The position numbers were made by a program, and so were the translations under genes. The notes beneath the pieces were generated by a model. That model was not told where the DNA came from. It was given only the letters and a program-made list of their open reading frames with translations, and did not search any database. From contig JBHGNT010000001.1 of the NCBI GenBank assembly GCA_043228905.1, positions 6,510,001 to 6,574,000 on the forward strand: DNA of 64,000 bases. The letters run 5' to 3'. Origin of the DNA: Azolla caroliniana. Taxonomy: Eukaryota > Plantae > Polypodiophyta. Below, in pieces: positions 1 to 13,340 of this stretch; position 1 is the stretch's first letter, and the number at the start of each line of letters is the position of its first letter.

Positions 1-172
1 GGAAACTTGTGTGTTGAGGCAACCTAAACAAGCTTAAAAGCAAGAATTAACTTCAAATAATCTTACAAAAGGAAAGCATATGCTCAAATAGAGCTTGAGA
101 GAACAGGGACAATAGTGATATATGGGATAGGGCCAAACCCATACAAAAAGAGAGAGAGATTTTATTATCATC

Positions 173-174
<2 letters not shown>

Positions 175-210
<36 letters not shown>
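175..210. repeat. (GA)n microsatellite upstream of LINE copy 1
   Basis: Uninterrupted gagaga run read directly. Confidence 0.95.
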
Positions 211-213
<3 letters not shown>

Positions 214-260
214 GTATATGTGTATGGAAACCATCATCTAGTAGAGAGCATTGTAATTCT

Positions 261-1277
261 TTGCAAAAAGAGTTGCTTGTGTCTTCTCGGTTATTATGTT
301 GGCTAGGAAAGGAGAGATTGCGCTCTCAATTTAATCGTTTGTTTCGTTTGGGGGTCAAAAAGGTGGGAGATATAATTGAGGCTCCATCTCAAAGAATTTT
401 GGAGTTTGTTGAAGCGCGACAATTATTATGCATTCCACCTAATTATGGGTTTATTTGGCAACTACAAAATATTGCATTGATGCAAGGTCACTTACCTCTG
501 CTAACAGGAGAACAACCATGGCTTGATTGGTGTTTAAAAGGTCAAACATCATTGTTACAAGTGACTGCTAATCTTTTGTATCATTGCTCTATTGACTCTC
601 TTGGATGGTTATCATCTAAGGTCGAAGAAGAATGGAGATTACACAAATCTGATCATGGGTGGTGGCAGATCTTACAACGTAGTTGGCATTCTAAATTGCC
701 ACTTGTAGCAAAGGTCTTCATTTGGAGAGTTTTGGTTGGAGGATTGCCTTTGGGATTAGCTCTAAAGTGTCATGGATTATCAACTGGTAATTGTTTCTTT
801 TGCACTGTTCAAATGGAAGATAGTACTCATCGATTTATACAATGTCCGATTTGGAGTTAAATTTCTCAAATTTGGCAATTTTTATCACGGTGTTATTTGA
901 CACCTAGACAATGGGTGTTTGCACAATTTACACATGTTGACCCAAAATCAGAGAGGGAGATCATTTTTCTATTTCTGAGATATTGGGGATTGCATCATAA
1001 TTGGAATATGCGCAACGCTTTTGTATTCAACGGTAGACATAGAGTGAAAGCATATCTACGAAAGTTGAAGGAATACTAATGTGGCAATTTTCTTTATTGG
1101 AGCAAGTGGAAATTCTTTCTTCGGTGGAGTGTTCGTCTTGCCTATTGGCAATTCAACATGTTCCACTACCCATGCAATGTAGTTAGTGGGTGACCATACT
1201 CCATTGTCACACCTATCGTAAGTAGTGTTTTTTACACACATTTATTAATATAATTGTGTGTTTTCACCCAAAAAAAG
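261..1277 (+). mobile_element. 5'-truncated L1/Tx1-like non-LTR retrotransposon (ORF2 C-terminus with zf-RVT CCHC finger, 3' UTR, short A tail), copy 1
   Basis: ORF 261-860 contains W..SKLPLVAKVFIWRVLVGGLP...C-FF-C..EDSTHRFIQC, the zf-RVT pattern of plant L1 ORF2. Reading continues after a premature stop (897-1079, ..WGLHHNWNMRNAFVF). Ends ttttcacccaaaaaaa. About 725-1268 is nearly identical to 16947-17504. The 5' boundary is approximate. Confidence 0.85.
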
Positions 1278-3487
1278 AGAAAGAGAGTAGATTCCATTAC
1301 ATCGTTAATAATATCCTCATAATTAAGCCAATTGGCAATTCTCATGAATCTTTTATATAGTTAGTGTAAAGCCTTGTTTATTAAAGTGAGAGAAAAAGCA
1401 AAATTGTGGAGCTAGAGCTTTACCTCATTATAAAAGGTAGTGTTTGACTACCTTATGTGTATAAAAGACTATAATGGAATTGGTGTACGAGAATTGAGTT
1501 CTTGTTTATATTGTCTTGATGGAGTACCATAATAGTTACATAGGTTGAAAGATGTTCTAACAACTAAGCTCTTCAATATCTTGTTCTCAAAGGAATGCCT
1601 TTATGTCAACTACACTTCAATATCTCATAGCATTTACCTTGCCATAATTTCCTTATTGTTGTAAGGGCAACGTTGGTTTTTTGTATTGTCATGTTGCTTT
1701 AATACATATACTACTTGGGGAGGAGGGGGGAATTGAAATGAGGGCAAAGACATGAGGGATTTCATTAAAATTCTCAAAAGTCAAGTTTTGACTTATGAGG
1801 CTAAAGTGTAAGATTTTCAAGTGTGTGGAGTCAGAGAGTGCCTATCAATATTTAGAAAACTTACTAATGAATATTTGAATTATGAGTGCACATTGTAACT
1901 AAGAGAGAACTATATGTGGGGAAAGCAAACTCCAAAGTGGTTGAAGGTGTAACAATGCATTGTTGGTGCGTCCCTTGATTGGAGGCATATGACAAACAAG
2001 ATGATGACAATATCTAGCATTTATGGGTGTGTCAAGTAAATAATCCTGTGAAATGCAGCATTTGATTTCTCAAAAGTATATTATGGCCTTTTTCTTGTTT
2101 CCATTGTTTTTCCTTTCTATAAACTACTTATGCTTTTGTTATATCCAAATAATGTCAAGCTAGTTTCATATGTGCTCTTACTTTCGAGAGTGGATCACTT
2201 CCTAGTGAGATCATGAGTGTGGAAAGGGTTGTTGAGCATGCTTAAGGATAAAAAAGGGCCCTCGCATTTACTTGCTAGAATCTCATTGGAAGTCATTAAA
2301 GAAAAACACAAAACCAAACTTTTGAGGCTTCGATGGATACAATATACGAAAAAATGGTTTGGGAGATGAGATGCATTACAATCACCCAACATTTCTTCGA
2401 AGGGGTTAGTGTATCTAACCCAAAAGCGTGATGTTGTGTTTATTAACTTTCTAGCGTATAGCAACCATAAATTTAGAGCATTCACAACATGAACTTTTCC
2501 ACGTGTAACTTTTATGCATCTCTTTTGCAAATAGTTAGTATGTCCCTTCTTGTATACAATGGCTAACCCTCCTACAACCTTGACCTCTCATTTTTATGCT
2601 TGGCATTCACATAGAGCAAGTTACATTGTTGCCAAAGTGTGGGATATTACTTGTACCTTGCTTGATATTTCCTAACGAATAATTCGTACTTCAATTTGTA
2701 GGATTATCTGATTTAGACCTCCTTTCTTCAATGGGAAACCTCAATATTTCCATGTGCAACTCACATGCACTTGGTATAATGGATCATACAAACTCGATGA
2801 TAGGCCATCGAACTTGGTGCTTCATAAGTGGGCAATCATTCTACTAATTTATAATCAGTCATAAAGTATGATGTATTGAAAGTATGTCTAAAATCTCAAA
2901 GTTAAATAAAGCCAAAGCTACCTTTGTGTGTTTCTTAGGTATTCCATGTATAATGAGAATCTACATTTGTTAAAGATGGGTTGATGCTTTATTGTTTCAC
3001 ATCTTTAATTTCTTGAATTCTCATAGCTCTCTTCTCTATATTCACAAGCCAGAGACGTTAGCTCAGATGGTAATCTCTTATTTGGCATTATGATTTAAAT
3101 TGTGCTTGGGATGAGCATCACACTTTTGTTCTAGTTGGGTATGTGTCATCTACAAGTTGAGTATATTAAGTTCTTTACTTGAGAACACTGTTCCAAAGGT
3201 CCAGGAATGATAATGCTCAGTCCCAACATAAAGATCAGGTTGGAATGAAGACGACAAGAACTTGAAGAGGGCAATGATATAGTAGTTATAATTGAAAATC
3301 TAGATCACAATTTGCAAAGCTCTGCCCATGACATGACAATCATATCTTCTCAAAATATTCATTTCACCAGTTTTTAATGTTACTGATATATAACTAACCA
3401 TGTCTATACCCCTATGCCAATTTAGGTATTCCCATAAGATGCATGTACATGACAATGTAGATTACATTTTACCTCCAGAAACAATCC

Positions 3488-3700
3488 AAGGTTGTAACAT
3501 TAGTTAATAAAGAAAAAAATGGCAGAAATTTTCCATTTTGTAATCAAATGTTGATGTGAACATGGTAGAACCATGTCATAAATAGTAGTTAATAAACAAG
3601 CCTAAGGTTGCAGCATTAGTTAATAAAGAAAAAAACGCCAGAAATTTCCCATTTTGTGCTCAAATTTCAATGTGACCATGGCAGTACCATGTCATAAAGA
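3488..3700. repeat. Two-copy ~117-bp tandem duplication downstream of SIZ1
   Basis: aaggttg..cattagttaataaagaaaaaaa...ccatgtcataaa occurs at about 3488 and about 3605. Confidence 0.85.
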
Positions 3701-4500
3701 GGACGTCGTGTTGCATCAAAGACATCAAAAAACAGATATCCAATTCCTGAATGCTTTCTTACAGTGTCTTCAATTCAACATTTACATTGATCTAGCAAAA
3801 GCTCTCACAGAGCTTTGAAGATTTCATACTTATGTAAATACGAGAAAAATATAAGAATGCCTTCTTGTTTGGTGATATTTGGTACAATGGGTAAAAACCC
3901 AGCTCAAAACAGACTCTGTTAAAAAATGGGGTTAACCTTCTCTTAACAAGAAAATGGTTAACAGAAAAGGAAAAAAAAGAGGTCACCCAAATCTTCTTTA
4001 CATTTTATATTGACTTAGAAAACCTTTGGATTAGTCCAATTTGTGTTTTCTTTATAGACCCATCCCCCAAGAAATGATTGACAAGAAAGAAAGGTCCCAA
4101 TGATGTCTTCAGAAGCCATAATATAATATAACATGGGACCTCTGTTATGCAATCAATTCTTACTACTGATTAAGCTCCCCATTCAATTGCAACACATTTC
4201 TTTCATATAGTAATGTCTATGCATGCCTTTTCTGTCTTCCAGTGTTAAAATTTACGTACCTGAGCAGAAGCCCCATTAGATGATATGTATCTGATTTAAC
4301 CTTTGGTTATCCCCATGGAGAAAAAGGAAAAAAATTAGGGAATGCAGAGAATGGATCTGTCCATTATATACAACAAAGGCTGATGTAAAAATATAATCAA
4401 GAGTTCTGTTATCACATATGTAGAAAGCTATAATCAACTGATCAGAGGAAGAGTCTTAAAACACTCACTGAGTTAAACTGGTTACATATGTATCTTGTTT

Positions 4501-7500
4501 CTAGTCATCGGACTCAGATTCCACTGGAAAATAACGTCTGTGTCGATGACCTGAAGATCGATGTGCAGCCACACTATGACTTCTTCTCTGGGTACTGGTT
4601 GGAGCATTAATTTGACTACTCAAGTTAAGAAGAACCGAGGCTGAAATGCATATTTACACTTCATCAGTGTTCTATCTTTAAATGATGACTTATCATGATC
4701 ATCATCAATGACTACATTAGATTCATGCACAATTTGATATTCAATTTACAATCCATAATGCATAATCAATGCTTTTTTATGATGATGAGCAACCTTCTGT
4801 ATTCAGACACGATTAAATATATATGTACAGTTTACTCTTCGCAATTCACAATCCACAATCAATGCTTTTGATGGTGATGGTCACTTCTTATTCGTGCACC
4901 ATTTAATTTACAATTTACACTTGGCAATCATGTTTCTATAATGATGACTACTGACAACCACTTTGATTCATGCACCATTGATTACATAGTTTATAGTTTA
5001 CATTTTACGATTCACAAGCAATGTTTCATGATGATCACTTCATATTGATGCACCATTGAACGTACAGTCTACGATTAACATTCAATGTTTCTTAAATTAT
5101 GATCAATGATCATCACTTTTTTCATGCACCATTGATTGCAATGAGATAAAAATTTGCATCATTGATTAAAATTGCAATTCACAGTTCATAATCAATCTTT
5201 TAATAATGATGATGACGATGATGAATGTACTAACATTTTATTCATGCACCATTGATTACAATCAGATAAAAATCTTATCAGAGTTAGCAACAGGCTGGAA
5301 CCTCTCCCTGTTTTATCCATGCACCACTGATTGAATCAGATGAGAATTATACCAGAGTTAGCAACCGGATCGAATCTCTCAGAATCTCGTTCATCATTGT
5401 AGGCAGAATTTCCGATCCTAGAAGAGTGATGTGCTGATGATGACCCCCTTTGATGATGAGCTGATGATTCTCTTTGGTCACTACCTACACCTAAAGAAAA
5501 CCATCCATCCTGAATATCTTCTCTTGGAGTTACAGATGATTCATAGTTAGTATAACCATGTGAAGCTCTGGCTGGCTGGTGTGGTAAAAACATATGTAAT
5601 GATGGATCTGAAGAAGGCAATAATTCCCTTCCACTCTCCAATAATTCAGTCTGGTAGTCACTTGCCCTCGCATAACCATTATACATCCTTGCTTCTGATA
5701 ATGCATTTCGCTTTTGTTGGTGGCTTTGGTATCCATGATTCAAATGCTGTCCTGTTTGTGTAGAGGTTGTAGATCTTGCTTTCCTAACAATATTTGCAGG
5801 AGGAATTAAACTCTCATAGGAAGAATCTCTTGTCTGAAGTGGCCATAAGCCTGCGCTTGGTGTTGATTCCTCTCTATTTGATTGAAAAAAATCCACATGA
5901 CTTTCATGGAAAGAGTCCATTTCCAGCAAAGGAACATCTGTTGTTTCATAAAGTCTATTATTGTCCTGCTGAACAGATGGTCTACTATCATTGACCTCTC
6001 TCAAATTACATTCATCACCATTTTCTTCTTCACTGTCACTCAAAATTATAACTTCAGCATCCTTCGTGGATTCTAGTTCAGGAACCACCGTGCCACTTCC
6101 TCTAAATGGTGATACTTCTGTAGGAATCGAATTAACTTCTGTCTCAGCCATTTTCAGCAACTGAAGTGCTTCTTGTCCTCTTCTTAAACCAGGTATCTCA
6201 GTGGTATTTCCAGTCATGCTACTGCTCCGAGAATAATCTGTACTTCCAAGCAATGAGTTTGGCTCAAAAGAGCCATTATTCAATACATGTGAATACCCTG
6301 ATGTTGGTTTCACTTGCCATGTACCATCCCTTGTCCTCTTTATCCCTATTTTAAGAGGTACCTTTTCAACTGGAAGACTTTCTTCTGCTTCTGCCTTCAC
6401 AGTTACTAGTTTCCAATTATGTTGATTTTCACCTTTGGGGATATCAGGCAGACCATCTGGTGTGCGCCACGGCTCCTGAAGCTTAGAATCACCTTCAGAT
6501 TTAGGTCTCCAAGAACCATCAGGCTTCATTTCAACTTCAGTTACATCTTCCCCATAATTTTTCATCTGATTTTATATAGCAAGTTAGAAAACAAATCACA
6601 GATCTAAGCAAGACACATATCAAATGCTAACCTAGCCATAATACTCACAGCTTTGACAATTCGAGTTAGGAACGGATCAATAATCAAATCCTCCAGTGAG
6701 TGGTTAGTTAAACAGATCGGACACTGCCACTAATAGAAAGCAATGGGATGTTTCATTAAGGTCACTTAAATACAAAACATGATGTCAAAAAATCTTTGGT
6801 CAACAACATGTGGTGGGCATACATGACAAAGGATATTAATTAATCTGAAATCCCATAAAAAGACTTTCAACGCAACTCCATAACATAGAGTCAATACCTT
6901 CCGTGTTCTTTGATTAATCTCTACAAGCGTGTGAAGATCAAAACAACCCATATGGGCACATGGTTTAAACCTTCCAGCTATCCTTATTCGAGATCCGCTC
7001 ATCTACAAAAGATGAACATATGAAGGTGACATTTTTGCAATGTTATGATAAGGAGGGATGGTATTTGAGATTGGTTACAAAAACATTTACATCTAGTCTC
7101 ACCGGGCATCGAAGGTTCACAAATACATTCTCTGAAATTACTTCAAGATCACTGTCACTGTCATTACCGTTATCTACTTCACCACCACCACCACCAAGAC
7201 AGCGACGCACCCTTGCAAGTGCCGTATCAAAAGTTTCACCCTCAGCTTCACTTGGTATACGACTCAAAACCTGTCCAAAACATTAAGAATTGGAGCTAAA
7301 AATCTCAGTTAGTTGAATTATAGAGACAGTCTAGCTTCCAATGGATACCATGCATGCTAGATACAAACATATTGCTCGAAAGAATGCATAGACAAGCATT
7401 GACAAGATGTTACAACCACACTACTCATGTCATTGACTCCATACATTTATCATAAGCCATGCCTTGCTTCAATCAATTTTGAAAATCTATCACTGTAAAA

Positions 7501-10500
7501 ATTAATTGGCACCGTATCATTAACTCAATGCATGGCTCATTTGCCCCCTAAAATTACAGGCAAATAATAAGAAAAGTCAACCTGATCCACAGTCAGCCGT
7601 TGTATCACCCGGATTCCTATGCAGAAAGGACGTCCATCTGATGCACCTAAGGAAATACTGATGCTTCCATCCCTTACATAATCTGTAATCTGCAATGAAC
7701 ATATCCAATCCTCACCCCAACATAATTTATATAAACATAATTACGATATAGAAACATGCACTCACCACAACCCCATCATCACGGCCATTAATTCCTAGTG
7801 CTTGATGACCTGGTCTATTTGTTACTCGTACAGGACATCCTGGTAATGAATCCCAAATTAGTATTTGTTGAGTAGTAAAAATAGTTATGGATATCTATGA
7901 TATACCATTTATAATCAACTCTGTATGAAGTGGCCAATGCATCCGATAAACTGCTTTATCATTGAGTAGCATACTCCATATCTATGAATAAATCCAAGAA
8001 GAATACATGAGGATTCAGAAGCGGTTTGGATTATAAACACAAGTATTCCAAAATGACAATCAACCTGAAGGTCATAATGAGGTTTTCTTATCAAATCTCG
8101 ATCATTCTGGCTTAGGATAAATGATTTTTCCAATTTCTGCACTGGATTTGACCTGCATTAACAAAAAGAATTTCATGCTTAAACTGCAGCTGAACCACAC
8201 CTCTTCATCACAAACTCACAAAAGAATCATCAAAGGCTTTTGTTTGAAATTTTCATGGTATGACTTACCCTTCAGAGCTAGGAATAGAAGTCACTAACTT
8301 AGTTGCCAGTAACGGGTGTGAAACAGAAACATGGTACCTGAACAAAAATTATTAAAGTGTGAGTTAGACCATTATAATGAATACATAGAAGATACTGAAC
8401 AAGAAATTGAACAGGTCAAAGCAGCATGTCATATGCTTAAGTAAACTTGCAACCGATCTGTCTGCGGCCCCTCTCCTCAAATTTTGACTTATACTTACGG
8501 CTAAATGGTGGAACTAGATCATATATTTCATGCAAGACGTACTTTCATTGCTGTCAAGATTAGAGAAAAATGGTGCAAAAGCTTACGGATCACCAAGTTG
8601 TAGACGGCATAGCTCACAGTAAAACAAGGTTGGAGGCTCCACAATCAATCCCTCTTTTTCAGGGATAATAACACAATTCATGTGCTGCCATACCATGCAT
8701 TTAGCACTATCACACTGCCACCAAATACAAAACCTTATTATTTAATCGTCCATCAGAGTGGAAGCCTAGACAAAACTGTAGTTCAAATGCAAAAAAATGA
8801 GAAAAAAAAGTTAAACCTGTAACATCGTATCTCTTTTGGCTTTACTGCCACATGGGCAGCAAATCTTTTCAGTTCTTTCCCGTCTCAATGGTGCCTCTAA
8901 GTCAGAGAGTTGACCTGATGTCCTAGAATGAGATAAACCATCGCCACTTGTTGCTAAATCAAGGGCACTAGATCCCCGCATTTTCCTGTAAATGTAACAT
9001 ATTGCCTAAGAGAAATTGTCCAAAACAAATTCAGGAGGCATGACAAATATAATGTTTCAGATATAATCATCGAGCAAGAATTCAGGAGATAGCTATGCCA
9101 TACTAAGTTACTCATTCATGGTCCAAACCAACATATATACCAAACAATTGATGTCAATTGTTGCCTTATGATAAAAAAATGTCCCTATCCCTAAAGTAAC
9201 GTGTATCAAAAGGGCCGAAAACATTACAACAAACTGGCTTTCAGCCATGTAAGCCTCTGCAAAAGTCCATAGATCTGAACTTTGTGTATTGCATTTTACA
9301 GCATCGCAATGCACACATTAAACAAATGCTTGGAAACTCTTCAAAAAACCTAAAGTATATGGATTCACTTACAGTAAACTGAGAACATTTGTAAAACTAT
9401 TAATCTCAGTTGTCCCTCAAACATACATATACATACATTGGCACGTATAATTATCATACATATGCATGTATAAGTATACATAACAAATGAATTCTATGAA
9501 TCAATTCCAAAACAAAATATAATATGCACATACATACATTAGCGCATATATACTCATACATATCCATATCAAACGACTTCTATGAATTGATTCCAAAACA
9601 AAATATGGCATCTATATGTCTGTGCTTATATATTACATGAGTATGCTAAGTTCTGTTATTTGATTGTATTCTTGTGAACTTAATGATGTTTTTAGCTATA
9701 TTTTATAAAGATGAACTACATATTAGCACTTGATTTGCATATCATAATCACAATTTAAAGATGGTCTTCTACCTCATAAGATCCCGATTAATTTAAACAA
9801 TGCACACCATAATGGTGTATAATTACCTCACCTGTAAACATCATCAATCACTTTCGCCACCTCTTCTGGACTAATAGAATGTCGTGCAGAGCTTTCTGGC
9901 CTCAAACCTGACCACCGCATATCAATTCTTAATGCAGTTATGTGCATAGTAAGTCTATTTTGGTTAACAATCTAGAATGCAGTAAAGAGAAATTATGCAG
10001 CAAGGTAATAGATTATAGCAACACAGCCGAGCTTAAGAGAAATTGCAGACCTCTTGAACCATATTGCTGCTTTCCATGGGACTGAATAACTGCCATTATT
10101 TTGTCTATAAGTACCTGATCAAGAATCAATACCAACTTTTAAATCTAAAATGAGCGCTATTCATGGAAATAGCGCAGTCAACAGAATACCCAAATGCCAC
10201 CTGTCTCTTTCCCTGTTTCGCAGCACCAATGCGTGTCAGAACATCTTTCAGCTCTTTGACACGAAACGATTCAAGCTTATTCTGCACAAACTCAAAATAT
10301 ATTCTTCTCACTTAGGTAAAGTTGTTATCCTGGATTCATGTTTCGGGATAAAATCACAAAACTTCCACCATTGCCTCAAAAATAACTCTAAAGATAATAT
10401 CAAAATTTTCATGTGAATGCACAATCATTCTAAACACATTATACTCAAAAAAGACACTATAAGTGTCGATTATAAACATCAAAATAGCATTGAATTGGTT

Positions 10501-12189
10501 CAGAACTTCAAGAAAAGTTGATAACGGTGGTAATAATGTCATGATTTTCATTGTAATCATATTACTGAACAGGAATGCCTTTTCCATCTTCCTTCTTTTT
10601 TGTTTTTTCTGAGAGGACATTATTCCAAATCAGAAGAGTGACTTGAATTGCAAAGAATTGCAGCAAAAATAATACGGTTTGAGCATTCAGATAACACAGG
10701 CTAATCAGGAGTAGAAGAGCATACTCTTGGCTGAATCACTCAGGAGAAAAAGGTTAATCGTTCCCGTATTTGGAAAGAAATATCCACGTGTGTTCTCATT
10801 CTGCATCTATGACCATGAATTTTCATAAGTTTCAGCATGAGTGGACCAACAAACGATTCCTAAATATTTGACGCAGTGTTTGTTTAGGGTTTAACACTCA
10901 AGAAGTCAACCAAAACCATAATTAAATTACCACACCTCAAGTATTGATCACATAGATTTTGATTAGTAGTCTATTTGGAGTATGGGAGTTCAGAAGAATG
11001 TGCACAAGTACATGCATTGTCAGGACCTTCCAAATATCAATCCTTGAATATTTTGAATTCAGACTTCATTTAGTGTTTAGCAGCCAAGAAATCAAGCAAC
11101 AAAATGCTGACAGAAGAAACATATATCATGGTTTCACAGTCAATAAGTCCAGCAAAATGGTGATAAAAACAGAGTTCGTTCAGTTTTAATGGTCAAGGAG
11201 TCAATAAAAAATATCATAAATCAGCTGATTTCAGATATGAGGACTCATTTGGGGTTCACGAGTAAAACAATCAAGAAATTTGTATATGTCTTTACATATC
11301 TCTCCCTACACACTATGAATCCAGGGTTCGTATAGAGTATCAAAGAGAAGAATAAAAGTAAAATTTTGGAAGAAAAGACAAATATCACATATCAATCCTA
11401 AGAGATTTTGAGTTCCCAGTTTATTTAGGATACCAAATATCAGGTTTTGGATTTCAAGTCAGAATAATCTTAGGATTCAGCAGTCACCAAGTCAAGAAAA
11501 ATGTTGACAAAAACATGTATTTCATGCACCTCGCATTATTTTGATAAGTAATTCGTTTAGGGTTAGCCAATCAGGGATTAGGGACAAATCTCGATAAAAT
11601 ATATATCTAAACATACCGCTCGTGATTTTGCATTTCAGCGTTCATTTAGGGTTCAGAGAAAATGTTAAGCAAAATGTTGCCCAAGACAACATATCAGACA
11701 TTGATTCTCTGAATTTGGAGTTTGATTATGGTTTACCAACCAAGTCTTCAAGCAAAATGTTGAGCAATATGGCACATGAGGTAATTATTCTCTGAATTCA
11801 GAGTTCACTTTTGGTTTAATGTCAAGAAGACAATAAAAGATGATGATGAAATACATATCTATAGAAAATAATCTTCGCCAGTTTGAATTCAGGGTCCATT
11901 TAGGGATTAACAATCGATAATTGGAGTTAAATTTCTAAATTTTAGCACGTATCAGGTATCCATTCCCAACAAAATGTTGAAGGAAAACCACATATCAGGT
12001 ATTCGTCCTTACCTATCATGAATTCCGAGTTCATTTAGGGTTTAAGCATCAAGATGTCAAGAAACATATATGAAGTTCAGATTTTGAGTTTATAATTCAT
12101 CGCTTAGGTTTAGCAGTCAAGAAGCCTAGCAAGATATTAAGAAAATCCATATATTTACATACCTGGCAGAGAGAAACAAGTTGATCCAT
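4501..12189 (-). CDS. SIZ1: SUMO E3 ligase SIZ1-like (SAP, PHD, PINIT-region, SP-RING/MIZ, SIM), 16 coding exons
   Basis: Hand-spliced GT-AG exons (approximate): 12163-12189 (MDQLVSLCQ); 10201-10281 ([22 protein letters not shown]); 10051-10114; 9832-9907; 8817-8985 and 8587-8714 (CCPCG...[14 protein letters not shown]...FYCELC, PHD); 8269-8337; 8065-8152; 7907-7981; 7766-7839; 7582-7689; 7103-7270 (VNLRCP); 6898-7002 ([22 protein letters not shown]); 6649-6729 (WQCPIC; SP-RING); 5353-6565 ([11 protein letters not shown]; [13 protein letters not shown]); 4501-4640 (ends [13 protein letters not shown]). Confidence 0.93.
4680..5380. repeat. Degenerate tandem array in the last SIZ1 intron, derived from the exon-15/donor junction
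   Basis: Core (t)tcatgcaccattgatt recurs at about 4724, 4893, 4968, 5048, 5122, 5242 and 5318. 5241-5306 matches 5316-5380, which spans the real donor. Confidence 0.8.
10875..12125. repeat. Degenerate tandem array containing telo-box-like motifs in SIZ1 intron 1
   Basis: gagttcatttagggttt...caag...caaaatgttga variants at about 10880, 11060, 11240, 11550, 11638, 11718, 11800, 11890 and 12027. Confidence 0.7.
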
Positions 12190-12339
12190 TTACTTATTAC
12201 GGCGAATTTGTTCCTGTATGGTGATGTTCTAAAGAAGAGATGGTCGAACTTGACCAGATATGGAAAGATTGTCTCGAAAAGGTTAACCTGAATAGTTGCT
12301 TCTTCTCCGTCCTCGTCGGTGCAAAAGCCATGCAACAAC

Positions 12340-13340
12340 AGAAGAAGAAAGGAGAAAGAGAAGATGGTGATGGCGATGGCGATGGCGATGTCGACAATGA
12401 TGATGACTATGACGATGAGGATGAGAATGATGAAAGGAAAGAAGAAGAAGAAGAAGAGCGAAGAAGAAAAATCGAAGCGATCGAAGGGAAAATCATCAGA
12501 AGAGGAAGAAGAAGTAGCAGCGGCAGCGGCAGTGGGAGTGGGAGTGGGAGTGGCGATCACGCCATGAGGGAAGCACAAGAAGAAGAAGAAGAAGAAGAAG
12601 AAGAAGAAGAGGGGAAATGAAAAGTAGAAGGAAAAAAGAGAAGAAGAAAAAAAAACAAACAAATTAGAAAAGGGAAGGGAATAGAAGAGAAGATATAACG
12701 CAAAAATATGAGTGCAGGAAAGCAAATCCATAGGAACCCAGTTTTTTTATGTATGTATGTATATATTTGTTTGTTGGTTTGGAGGGAGAACGGGATCCAG
12801 CAGCCCAAATAACATTAACACTCCATAGCCTTCCCCCCCCCCCCCCCCCCCCCTCCTAAGCAACCAAAACCATATATGTGTCCATGTGTGTATGTATGTA
12901 TGTATGTCCGGGAGGGATGTGCATGCATGTATGCATATAGATATGCTTGTATGTGTGTGTGTGTGCATGTTGAAAAGGGTGTTTCCCATACGTATGCAAT
13001 GCATGTACGTACGTACATACGTATGTATGTATGTATGTATGTATGTATGTATGTATGTATGTATGTTTGTATGTTTGTATGTTTGTATGTACGTAATGTA
13101 TGCAATGCATGTATGTATGTACGTTCCTTCTTTTACTACTTTTAGTTTCATCCGATTGTTTGTGGCTAGGTTAAGCAAAGTTTTCCATGCGTGTAATATG
13201 AGGTATTCCTAGAAAGTGAATGTGTGTGTATGCGTTTGCACTACTCTCCGTAGGTGCAAAGTGGACGTATATGTGTATAAGTACATGTATGTAGGTGCAA
13301 AGTGGATGTATATGCGTATAAGTACATGTATGTGTTGCAG
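12340..13340. repeat. Compound microsatellite block (GAA, GGCGAT, GGGAGT, poly-C, TATG) in the SIZ1 5' leader/promoter region
   Basis: Read directly: (GAA)n about 12577-12610, poly-C 12833-12853, (TATG)n about 13021-13066. Confidence 0.9.

Noticed and set aside
3057-3075. tagctcagatggta, an A-box/tRNA D-arm-like motif
   Set aside because: No B-box or acceptor stem downstream.
4680-5230. Repeated TGATGA as snoRNA C boxes
   Set aside because: Antisense to the host gene, no paired D boxes or terminal stems, and explained by the tandem array.
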